Source: Marsupella aquatica (Eukaryota > Plantae > Marchantiophyta). From it: DNA of 64,000 nucleotides. A program made the translations under genes and the position numbers. Location of the stretch: positions 10,228,287 to 10,292,286 of the forward strand of contig OZ316899.1 in NCBI GenBank assembly GCA_973895155.1, given 5' to 3'. Positions 11,138-22,855 of this stretch are shown here, one piece after another (within the stretch, counting starts at the first letter, position 1; each line of letters starts with the position of its first letter). The notes under the pieces were generated by a model. That model made no database searches, was not told where the DNA came from, and was given only the letters and a program-made list of their open reading frames with translations.

Positions 11138-13974
11138 GTTATTCCTTGAAGTGGATGTCATTCCTTCCTCATCACTCTTCCACGGTGTGACCTTAGGTTT
11201 GGCGCTCGTCTTTATCACTAATCCCCAGACCTTCTCACTCTGCCTCACTCTTTTGCGCAATCCCTTACTTGTTCGCGCTCTACTCCGCGCTCTTCCTCAA
11301 TCTTTGCATATTGGTCTGTGCAATCTCTCACTTCTCCGCGCTCACATCCGCGTTGTTCCCGCTCTTCTTCAGTCGTCCCACTCATGGTAAACTTTCCTGT
11401 GCAACCCTGTTATTGTGTCTACTGGATTGCATTGGTGTTTTGAGGCAGTGAGGTAGTGGTAGCTTCTCTGTGAGCGTTTGCGGCAACATTCTTTGTGAGC
11501 ATTTGCGACAGTGATTTGCCGTGAGCGTTGGTGATTCTCTCAGGTTTTTCTCTTGGCTCCCCCTTTTTCTTGATATGTCAAATCCATTTGTAGATGAATC
11601 AAATATGTGAGAGGCTTGACCCCGCGTATCCTTGAAAACTAGCTCTCTCGGCGGGGCTCACTGAGATCTTGTCATAGGTCGAGCTATTGCCGAGTAATAA
11701 CTCTTTCATTTCTCATTAATCTAAGGTCAAAATGCCGAAGAGGAAAGACTCGACTAGAGCTGGACGTGCCGACAGCCAAACTTCTCAGTGGAGTAAGAAA
11801 CCACGATCCAAGTCTCCTTCACCAGTCACGTCTCGACTGACACGCTCACAGGGTGGTCCACTTATGGAGTCAGTCGACTCCAGGAGGAAGTTTGAGCCAA
11901 AGCAGATATCATTTGAGCCTATTGGAGAGGCGGAATTGGCTGATATTGCTGAGAAGGGAGCCTGGGAGTCTATCGTCTCCAAGTATGAGACAAAGTTTAG
12001 TAAGGATCCGCCCCGGATCCCCTTGTGCCGGCTCATGCCAATGGAGGCAGTGAGGAATCTTTAGGATGAGTCGGTTGCAAAATTAAAAAAAGGATTCAAA
12101 GAGAGCGGCTATGTTGTGAAGCTCAGCAAGTTCCACATTACTGAGTTCAATGAAATTGGAGAAACGCAGATAGTGATAGACTTCAAGCCATTTTGGGACC
12201 CTCTATGGACTCAGCTCAATGAACAGTTTGAGCAAGAGTGCGATGCATTAGAGGAGTTCAAAGTCCTTAAGGACAAGATGTTTTGGGTTTTTGATGGAAA
12301 CCACAGATACACAGCCTGGTCCGCAGTTGCTTATGAGTATCCGGATCAATTGCAATACCATCCGTGCGTCAGATTCTCTCTTTTGAACACTGGGAAGGAC
12401 GGATTCAAGAAGGTTGAGCAAGCAATGCACGCTCTCAACTCGTAAGTACTCTCATTCGCGTCTTTTTGCAAAATGTGATTACCCGTTTGTGTAAACCTTG
12501 TGTGCCATCTTGGCCCTCTCTGAAATTGCCACTATGAGTACTGTTTGTCATTTTCAAGATAAGTGCGACTGTTGTGAAGACGTCCTGGTTTAATGACGCT
12601 GATCGGGTTGCAAAGCTATTGAACACTCCATTGGAGGAGTACAGTTCGCTCATGTCAAAGGAGACAATGGAGGCTTTCATGAAGGCCCAAAATCAAGGAC
12701 ATGGGAAGACTTGGTACTCAAAGAATATGACAAAAGAAGCCGCTGTGTACATCATGTCTTGGTCAAACATTGAAGCGGGACGAATCAATGTCTCCAAGGA
12801 GATGGCACAAGACGCAGCTCGTGGGCACCCGTGGAGTGTGAAGAGAACTGAGGAGGAGACGGAGGCAATGATTATTGTTGCACGCAAGGCCTGGGACAAC
12901 AAGTTCCCCAAGCTTGCGGCCTGCGTGAATCCGTCCAATGGAGACCAGTTCATGCCGGTATGTCGGCAGCTGTATCACAAGTTGTCAAAGGACGCCAAGC
13001 AGGGTGTGATGAATGTACAGGTTGGCTTGGATAGGGTGTGCTTGTTTGCTGGGGCTTGGGTAACTGCAGAGTGCAGAGTAAAGCTATTGAAAGCTCATTT
13101 TGGAACGGAGGAGAAGAGTATGTATCACCATCCACGTAGCAATGGTGATGCTGCAATTAGATCCTGGTTAGCGGTCTGGTCAATGTGGTGTTACATTGAC
13201 CACGTTGGTTGTGTGATTTTGACCGATTTTGCTGCAAAGGCCTACCAAAGACAGATGTATCGTGAGTTTTTCGGGACAGAGGAGGAATTTGCAGAGCTAT
13301 ACAGAAGGCTTTATCGAGCTTATGTGCAAGAGAAATAATTGAAACTAGGCGGGGAAATTTGGATTGATGGAAAGGCAACAGTCTTGTTAAAAGAATTGTG
13401 GAAAAAGCAAACAAAGAGGTGCGTGACAAGATTTCTAATCGATTAGGAGAACATGAATGCATCCGTATTGAAAGAGCTGCCATGGGCACTCACATCTTGG
13501 ATGGAGCCGAAAGGGAGCCTTAGCATGTATCCATGTGATGGCCAAATTCCTAATGGCAAAGTAGTCTGCGATTGGGAAAGTCAAAACTGCTCATGGTATA
13601 TGGAATACCGTGACTGGAATACTTTTACCGATGACGCTGAGAAGGAGTGTGCAATGAAGCTGAAGGACCAACAGGAGCCTACAAATTACTACGATATATC
13701 CAAGCTGCGACAATTGACGGACTCTATGCCCAAGGCAATAGCGTTGGAGGCCATACTCCCAATGGACCCAGCCTATGATGGGAAAAAGGCCCGAAAGGAA
13801 GGAGGCGAGAAGAAGGTCGACAAGGAACAATCCGCCGAGGCCAGTCAGTCAGATTCTATAAGCACTCCAACAAAGACCCCATCAGGTATTACTCAATTCC
13901 TTTCCAATCAGGTGGTTGCTTGCATTGGAAAAAACCTTGGTTGGGGTCGGTGATATAACACCGAAGGAATGAGG

Positions 13975-14260
13975 GTCTCGTCTCGGTGAGGGTGGATGAC
14001 TTAGAGCGTCTTTGAAATCCAGACCCCTATATTTACTTGGTGAGGCTCGCCGAGATTAAGTGTCTGGTCCAGCCCGGATGTCGGCGAGGCTCTCCGAGAT
14101 TAAGTGTCTGGTCCAGCCCAGATGTTGGCGAGGCTCTCCCAGATTAAGTGTCTGGTCCAGTCCAGATGTCGGCAAGGCTCGCCAAGATGAAGTATTAGTT
14201 GAGTAATAAGTTGCTTGCATATAATGAACCCGATCTTGGCAAGGCTCGCCGAGATGCAGT
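13975..14260. repeat. Intronic ~41 bp minisatellite
   Basis: gattaagtgtctggtccagccc.gatgt.ggcgaggctc.cc.a x3-4. Confidence 0.85.
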
Positions 14261-15699
14261 TGCCATCATGAAGCTCATCAATTTGCATCCTATGCAGGTC
14301 ATGCAAAGATCCAAACGGAACCTGGTTCTATCAAGAGCAAGGGTGTAAAGCCGGCTACAAAGGCAGCAGTTGAGGACGGTCTAGGGGTTTTGCAGGGTCC
14401 AAGGCACAAGGATAAACAACCAATAGTTGAGTTGGGTCCAGATGAGGCTCCACTGCAAGAATTTGACTTGCCTCCGCATGAGGCTCCTGAAGTACAAGAT
14501 GAATTGGCTGACAAGCAGCAAGGTGAGGATGATGTGGGTGAGCGAGAGGAAGAGGACAAAGGACAATCCAGAGACAAAGGGCACTTGTCTGATATCTCTC
14601 CTGTGCCTTACCCGCCACCATTATTGTCACGGCAAAAGGAAAAGGCCTTAAAAAGAAAGCAAACTAGGCGACCCAGAGCTCCCAAAGGGAGCCCAAGCAA
14701 AGCACGTGATGAGGAATATAGAGCTGGAAGGAGTAAGGCGTCCTTATGCCAATACCATGTCTTCCCAGAGCAGACATATGTATTTTAGGTGGTCTCCAAA
14801 TCTATTTACAACTTTTTTTGATGCGGCTAAAGAAGGTACCGAACCCCCTGTAGTTAGTAAATTGATCTCATGGTGCAGAAAGCTATTGTGGGAAGGTTTG
14901 CATCAAAATGCCTGGGGAAAAGGGGGGAAGCAAGTGAAGACTGGTGCAGATTTAATTTTGATACATATGGGAACAGACACGCGTATGGTCGAGGGTAAGT
15001 CCACCCCGTTGTGGAATTCGTTCCGGGAGGACGACTTGAACCGGGTTCAGGAGTTTGCTCGAGATGTCCTTGATTCCAAAGGACTGTAAGCCATCGTGCA
15101 CAGTGGTTTGCTTTGGCACTCAACTTGCATTTATGATGCATTAGTTTACGAGAATACCAACTGGGGGTTGAAAGAAAGCTTCTTTATCTAGAACGACACA
15201 CCCACCTACGATGGCGAGTAAGTCCCATCAATTACCTACTTCTTCATTTATTTTTTATTCCAATGACTTACTATCCTAAACTGAGGAAGTCTGACCTCTG
15301 AATATGTTTGGCCGATCCAGAGCAAATATCTCAAGCTAGACCTGTGGGGGTTTCAATCTGCTGTGGAGATATGCCCAAAGGACAATGTGGCACCAATTAG
15401 TGCAGAGCTCAATATGAAGAGTAGGAATGGGCTAACGAACTATACATCCAAGAAGAATCAGGTTAACGATCCTTTTGCGGGCACATTGTCGCCAGCAACG
15501 CTCCAATGTATCATCAAATATACAACACACCCTGGAGCAACTATCCTCACTTTCAACGCACAGTTTGGGGCAATATTCAAGGCGGGTGAAAATTGCGGGT
15601 GGATGGTGTCTGGACTCCTCTACAAGCGAGGGCAAGTCCTAACTTGAGATGCATGTTGGCAGACCTCACCAAGATTCATTCCTCTACATGCAACTCAGG

Positions 15700-16420
15700 A
15701 AGAGTCATCTTGGCAGGCCTCTCCAAGATCCGTCTGAGGAAGAGTGATCTTGGCTGGCCTATCCAAGATCCGTCTCAGGAAGAGTCAATCTCGGCTGGCC
15801 TCTCTGAGATCCGTCTCAGGAATAGTCATCTCGGCTGGCCTCTCCGAGATCCGTCTCAGGAAGAGTGATCTTGGCTGGCCTCTCCAAGATCCGTCTTAGG
15901 AAGAGTCAATCTCGGCTGGCCTCTCTGAGATCCGTCTCAGGAAGAGTCAATCTCGGCTGGCCTCTCTGAGATCCGTCTCAGGAAGAGTCAATCTCGGCTG
16001 GCCTCTCTGAGATCCGTCTAAGGAATAGTCATCTTTGCTGGCCTCTTCAAGATCCGTCTCAGGAAGAGTCAATCTTGGCTGGCCTCTTTGAGATCCGTCT
16101 CAGGAAGAGTCAATCTCGGCTGGCCTCTCTGAGATCCGTCTCAGGAACAGTCATCTCGGCTGGCCTCTCCAAGATCCATCTCAGGATGAGTCAATCTCGG
16201 CTGGCCTCTTTGAGATCCATCTCAGGAATAGTCATCTTGGCTGGCCTCTCCGAGATCCGTCTCAGGAAGTCATCTTGGCTGGCGTCTCCAAGATCTGTCT
16301 CAGGAATAGTCAATCTCGGCTGGCCTATCTGAGATCCATCTCAGGAATAGTCATCTTGGCTGGCCTCTCCGAGATCCGTCCAAGAAGAGTGATCTCGGCT
16401 GGCCTCTCTGAGATCCGTCG
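15700..16420. repeat. Intronic ~39-40 bp minisatellite (~18 units)
   Basis: Unit AGTCAATCTCGGCTGGCCTCTCTGAGATCCGTCTCAGGAAG. Confidence 0.95.
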
Positions 16421-16989
16421 ATCCATGTCGACCTTCCCCAACATATGCCTTCTTGTTTACGTCTATTTTGGGCGCAATACATTATTTGATTGGATTTAAG
16501 TATAACTAAGTAGCAGTTCCCTACAGGACTATCGAGTCAGCTACAGCGGAATGGGACAGCCAGGACAGACGGCTTGTCAAGCTCACGTGGGAGGAAGCTT
16601 TGGCATATTTCTCGCCGGAGAAGTTAACCCTTCCGTGCTACGCTGCTCATACCTATCATGAAGAAATAGTGCCTCGCTGAGTAAAAGAGAGAAAAAGGAA
16701 AACTCTCAAATTTGTCGATGATAGGGCAAAAGAAGCTCAATCGGATGAGAGTAGCTCGGTAGGAAGTGACAGTCTCCAAACTCACCATGTAAGTATAAGA
16801 TTATCAAGCTCCAGTTCCGAAGAGTAATGTTTGAATGAATTTACCTTCATTGCAGCTCAGGAGAGACCTGAGCAACCAGTGAATGAGGGGCTGACTCCCC
16901 GGGCAGGAGTGAAAGAGGTGGGGCTTGCAAACAAAGGAGTGCCTGCACAAAAGCAACCATCCAAATTTTTGGTGATAGTGAAGAAGGCA

Positions 16990-17634
16990 TTGGACCCCAA
17001 GGCAGACCAAAAAGAGGTCATAGTGACAATCGAGGACGTGCACTTGACGAGGGCACATTTAAAATGCTTGAGGCCAAAAAAATGGATCACTAGCGACGTC
17101 ATCAATGCTTACATTGCTTTACTGGAACAAAGAGCACAAACCCTTCATAAACCCAAGGCCATGTTATTGCCAACACATTTTTACCAAGTGATGACAACTC
17201 CGGAATATAACTTCAACGCAGCATTGGCATATTGGCGGGGCATTCAAATGTGGGAGCACGAGTACGTTTTAATCCTCGTCTACCGGCCAAAACATTGGGT
17301 ACTAGTTGTGGTTGATACTGCCTTGCGGCAACTGCATTTACTTGATCCGCTTGTGCCCGAAGCACAGGATGGCACATAAGTGTTCAAAGTAGCTCAGTTT
17401 CTTTTGGACCTCTCCATCTTGCGGGGTCGTACCTTGTTATGTCCATTAGAATGGCCACGCATTTACCGAGATAACATTCCAAGTCAAGGGGATGATTACA
17501 ATTGTGGTGTATATATCATTATCTACATGGAGCGTATTTCTGGAGGCGGCGTACTGAACTTTGACCCTGCACTTATAGACATCATGCGGCAAAAGATTGT
17601 TGTGGACCTTGTCTGCCAGACAATTACCCTGTAG
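16990..17634 (+). pseudogene. Ulp1/SENP-family SUMO protease domain (peptidase C48)
   Basis: LKCLRPKKWITSDVINAY, KHWVLVVVD, LLDPL, PSQGDDYNCGVY: H-D-C triad and oxyanion Q present. One in-frame TAA at 17377. Confidence 0.9.
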
Positions 17635-18349
17635 AGAGGATGGAAGATGGAGACGCAGCCTAGTGGAATTTAGTTCAGAAAATTGAACATCGTTGTAAAG
17701 TTCGGTACAAAGCTTAATAAAAAGTGTGTCATCCAAATGTTCTTAATGTGGCTCCTATTTGATATGCTATGTTGAATCTCGAATCGCTGGGTATGTTTTC
17801 ATCTTGGCAAGCTCAGCTGAGATGGAACAACACTCCAAGGATATCTCAGAGAGGACGCCAAGATGGTTAGAAAGGGCACCAAGATGGTCAGAGAGGCAGC
17901 CGACATTACTAATTGTCCAAACCAAAACAATGTCGGAGTGGACGCCGACATAGGGTTTGACTGTGGGTGTGAATTAAGTCCATTTCGGCGGCGTCGCTGA
18001 GTTTCGGGCACAGACTGATATCAATGACTGATGAAAGTCATTGATAACTGATGAAGTTGTGTACCCCCTCCATAACAATGAGCCTAAGGTTCACTTATTA
18101 AAGCAAACACCGCTTGGCATATAGTGTGCATCCTAATTAACCTAACCATGTCTCCGACTATGGTTAGTCTAACTATGGTTACATGTCGTAACCCTAGACC
18201 TTGAGTAAATACCTAATAGATGATTGATTCTCGGGTTTCAAGGGTTTTTCTTTATGTTCTCAAAGCGTGTTGCCCTCGTCCTTGACCTGTTCATACCCTT
18301 ATCACGTTATGGGCCTGTTGATGGAGCCATTATCTTCACCCGAGAGCTT

Positions 18350-21300
18350 GTCATCAATAGGATTGTTCAAGTCAGTCGAGTCAAGCCAAAGGGAGACAAG
18401 GTCTACTACAAACAAGACGACGCTCAAGACAGGATTGAAAACACCGAAGAGACTGAAGATGGTGAACCAAGTGGATGTTGTGAATCCTACGTTTCAACCT
18501 GGTGCTTCAAAACCCTATTCTATTGTCATCAATCACCATCTTTCCCTTTTGGAGCTGATGAATTTGGATTCCCCCTCGCTCCTCCAAGGATTCCGCTTTG
18601 CAAAATGCAAAATATGCAGATCATTTGGTCCTTGCAGACAAACTCGGCTGCAATTGAGACCCTCAAGAATGAATTCCAGACGCAAGGATACATCAAGGAT
18701 GCACCTCAATTTTACGTCCAAATGACGGACAAAGAGGGCCATGTCTAGATGTGCGACAATGTGATTAGGGAGTTGTGGGATGACATGTGGATTCTTCAAA
18801 ACAACAAATTCAAGAGGAAATGTGATTCTCACGAGGCTTTCAAACTTTTGAAAGACAAAATGTTTTGTGTTTTTGATGGAAATCATTGTCCCTACTCGTG
18901 GGTGCAACTTGCGGACAAGAATCCACATGATGTCAAGTACCATCCTTGAGTTGTTTGCCAAATTTTCAAGGGTGACAAGAACTCATTCGTGTAGATTGAG
19001 TCGGCCGTGCATGCGTTGAATAGGTTTGTTTCTATTCCTTCAAGCAGTGAATTGAAAAACAATTCTTTTAGTTCCTCTTGTTAGCGATCTTGTTGACCTG
19101 TTTCTTTGGTTCAGGTTGACTCAATGTCACGTTGAGAATTCTTGGGTGCTTGAAGCTGAGCGAGTCCAGAAGGTGCTTAGCAATGATCTTTCTGTATACA
19201 AAGATATCATTGATGTAGACAACTACAAACTTTTCCAGCAGAAGATGGCAAATATCAGGAAACCGGCTTGGTATTCGAAGAACATGACACTCGATGCCTG
19301 CTCGTACATTTTGTCTGCTGATAATATTGCAGCGCATGCTGAAGATTTGAAGAAGAAGTTCCAGTTGAAAGAAGCGCAAGGAGAACCGCTTTCTAAAGTT
19401 GCACAAGACATGGCTATGAGAGACATGATGAAGGAACAACTAGCAGATTGGAATGTGAAGGTGCCAAAGATTGGACCTCTTCTGAATCCTGAGTTTGGTG
19501 ACTTTTTCAAGAAGTGTGTTGAGATGCACAACTACTGCAAACATGAGAGGAAGGAGGCCCAACAAACAAACGACAAAGGAAGGGGGAATGTGTTGTGTGG
19601 TCTTGATCGTGCGAGACTATTTACTGGTGTCTCTTCATTGACACCCCAACTGAGATGTGTACTCCTTGAAGCACAATGCAGACCTGAGCTTTGCAAGAAG
19701 TTCTTCCACCCCGGCCAATTCTCTGACACCAAAACAAAACTTTGGCTTCACCGATGGCTGTATGGGAGAAGGTCAAGTCAATTTGTTCTTCACTCATGTC
19801 TGAGATTATTTCAGAGTTGATCCCAATAGTTCCAGATGCGAGGATCCTTACTTTGTCTGAGAAGACAAACCCATTGCTGATCCTTGACATAGAGGAGGAC
19901 TTTGAAGATTTCCAAACAAGAGTGAAAACTTGTTTTTTCAAACAGATTTGGCCACCAAAGTCGGGTGAGAAGATTGACATCGATCTCACTTTTTTGGAGG
20001 AGGGCAAAGAGATATACATATCGTTTTTTTGTGGATAGAGAAGTTGTTGACAAAACATATTGGTGGTCCTATCCTGCTTGCTTCTTGCCTTGGATAGCAG
20101 GGGTGAAAGAGGATCCAACCTCTGTTAAATACAGAGAGTACTCAATGTACCCATGTGAGGGAGTGGAGGCTCCAAGGAACATGAGTGAGTGGGAAATCCT
20201 TCACTGTCCATGGTATTTAGAACCAGACAAATGGGCAGTGACATTTGACACTGCAAAGAAGGCAGCCTTTCATATGATAAATCGAGGCTTGATACCATAG
20301 TCTTACATTATGGAGTCCAAATTAGCTCCTGCAAAAGCAGAGGCTAGCGGATGTGAGGCAATGGAGAAAGTTGTTCTTGGTGTGGCTGCCATTGTCGACC
20401 AAAGTTGATCAAGGAGACCTCTGAAGGTGCCGGCGAAGGACTCGTCTAAAGATGGTTCAATCTTGTATGGCAAGCCAAGTAAGTCCTTTTCTCCTCTTAT
20501 TTTCATACTACACTCGGAGTAATTTTGTCTGAGTGACCTGTCTGACATGAACATGTTTTTCAGAGAAGAGAAAGGCAGTAGCCTCCAGGAGTTTGAAGAG
20601 TGGGGCGGATGATGGAGAAGAACCCAAGTCTCCTGATGTTGAGGTCACAACAAAATCTGTTGTAGACCTTGGTTCAATCAAGCATTTAAAGAGGAAGTGC
20701 AATGTGCAAATTCTCTTCGACTCAGATGAGGAGGAAGCATGCGTCGCTCAAGGAGTAGCACGAATGTGTGGTCTTAAAAAGGACGATGATAGACATTTCT
20801 TGGCAAAAAGCAATCTCATTGAAACTGCAAACTCAATTAGCCAGAGGAAAGTAAGACCTCCCTAGATGGGCGATGCAGATCAATGGTTGTCTCCAATGAG
20901 AAAATTGAGCAAACACCCAAATCCAGTGATAATCAATGGCAAACCGTACTCTGGGATTGGTGCTCACTTGGGTTTCATTTTCCTTCCCACGGGTCATAGA
21001 ACGAGTGTCACAGACCGGGAGGTCCCGAAGTGGAATGTTTGGAGTGAGAAATTACCATATTATTTCTTTGGAGTCATGCATCCGATGCTTGCCGACGATG
21101 GTTATGTTGCAGTTCTTCACAACTCAGACTATAACCATATGAGACAAAAAAAAATCTGCTGTCAAGCAGAAGAACAAATTCAAACATGTCCGGCAGTATT
21201 CGGTTTTGCTTTCATCTCCTCAGGCAGATATGGACATAGAGGTAAGATATTCTATTAAATTCCTCAATATTTTTCGTGCAATTTTTGCTAGCGAGCTCGC

Positions 21301-22292
21301 TAACCAAAAATACCCATTTTTGACAAATTTTTGTTTTCAATTTAGGTAGTTACTCTCATTATGGATGTCTTCTGCAAGGTGGAATTCTCAACAAAAGTCC
21401 CAAGACATACTGGATATGTTCCACTAACTTCTTCTAAGGATGTCCATCATAAATTGATGCTGAGTGTTTGGTACCTAAAAACTGATCCCAGTCCCAGGGC
21501 GGCTTTTGCAGGTTCCGATAGATTGTCAGTTGAGTTCATGCAAGCCGTAATGGAGATCCTTACTTTGCCAAAGGATATTGTCATTGGTTGGACTATTGAA
21601 GATGGAAGTGCTTTTGCCGTTGGGGAATACGCAGGGAGATTTGTTGAGGGTGTTGAAGATCAAGACATTCTTCATCCGTGTGCTCAAAAAAATCTGACAA
21701 ATGTGTTGGATAGACATGCCCAGAAGTTGAAAGGGGCCGCAAATTCGAAGAAAGAGGACCCCAATGATGAAGGATCGGACGATGAGTTCACCATTACAGG
21801 AGATGATCAAGGAGGACCTTCATACGAGAAGGATGAATTTGACCTGGAGTAAAGTACTTGACCTTTGATGTAGAACTCCCTATTTGGTGTTTTTCTGTTA
21901 TTTGTAGAATTTTTGGATGCGTAGTATTGATCCGATGTTGGTGATTTCTTTAGTTTTAGGCGTTTGGATTGGTTTTCGGAGGAGAGATTTTGTCTTCAAA
22001 AAGAAATTGAGGATCATTTTCTTGTGACCCCTGAGAAGGGATTCGCGCTTCCTTGCTATGCTGAAAGTATGCAAAGGAGGTTGATGAAGCTCCCGTTGTT
22101 TTGACTTGGGAGGGGAAAGGTCTGCGGTCAGTGAGGGGTGCTCAAAAAGCCCTTTACTACCCTCAGTTCATAGATGATGAGGCTGGTATTGTAGCCCAAT
22201 ATGTTGACAATTCAGCTGAGGAGATTGATAGGGAGTCGAGTAGCAATCCTAGTAATTCATCAGATGATTTGGAATCAAAGGATTCTCAATGA
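18350..22292 (+). pseudogene. Multi-exon gene 2: paralog of gene 1 (ParB/Srx-like plus degenerate N6/N4-MTase-like), no Ulp1 seen
   Basis: PPRIPLCKM, DKMFCVFDGNH(C) at 18875-18889, WYSKNMT, GLDRARLF, SMYPCEG..EWE..HCPWY, LSVEFMQAVMEILTLPKDIVIGWTIEDGSAFAVGEYAGRFVEGVE, PEKGFALPCYA. Intron positions match gene 1. Start is uncertain. Confidence 0.75.
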
Positions 22293-22855
22293 CTAATGGA
22301 CAATTTTAGATGCAATCTCATTCGAGAACATATTTGTCATTACAAAGTTTTATTAAAGGTGGATTGTGAAAGGTTTTCTGAACTGGTTTTGTTGACATTG
22401 ATGATGCCTTGTCATTCATTTCAGTGTTGTGAAGATCTCAAGTTTCTAGGTTGTGGATATTCAAGTATCTGCATTTCCGTTACTCATAACTGTTTCACAA
22501 TAAATTTATCCACAATCTTACTTGGGAATCCGCCTCATCTACCCTGAAGGTACCCTGAAAGTTGCCTCACTAGTCTGTTTGCCTTGCTAGCAAAACTCAT
22601 GTTTACTCGTAACATAGAATACCTCCCTTCCATTATTGGATTAGTCCTAATTTCAACTTCCCTAAATTCCATCTCAATCTTATTAGTTATAAACATGACT
22701 ATGTAGAGACCCAAATGGTTGTGTTGTGTGACTCATACCAGGGTCTCCCTTGGTCTATTTGTGACACAAAAATGTCATAAGTTAGTCGTTATTAACAAGG
22801 TTGACAATGATTCTAAGGGCAACTAAGTCATGGAATTGACTTACCCTGTGACTAA

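Larger units (their letters stand above)
11732..17634 (+). pseudogene. Multi-exon gene 1: ParB/Srx-like domain, helical region, degenerate N6/N4 DNA-MTase-like domain, Ulp1 (peptidase C48) domain
   Basis: PPRIPLCRL...FWVFDGNHRYTAW (DGNHR at 12293-12307); GADLILIHMG...LWN...FARDVLDSKG; LSPATLQCIIKYTTHPGATILTFNAQFGAIFKAGENCGWMVSG. A splice path 15631^16527 (GC donor) and 16788^16861 keeps frame into Ulp1. Several in-frame stops. Confidence 0.7.

Noticed and set aside
15700-16420. CRISPR-like array
   Set aside because: Head-to-tail repeats with no unique spacers and no cas genes; it is an intronic minisatellite in eukaryotic DNA.
11732-22292. Active restriction-modification system or bacterial contamination
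   Set aside because: The genes have spliceosomal introns and plant transposon neighbours, catalytic MTase motifs are degenerate, and no endonuclease partner is seen.
2841-22560. Defined termini and TSD for the Mutator-like unit
   Set aside because: No TIR or TSD could be identified by eye, so it is not listed as a bounded element.
22568-22574. CACTAGT as the left TIR of CACTA copy A
   Set aside because: The match stops after 7 bp (no AGAAA), there is no sub-terminal repeat block, and copy B shows that the adjacent sequence is internal to the element.
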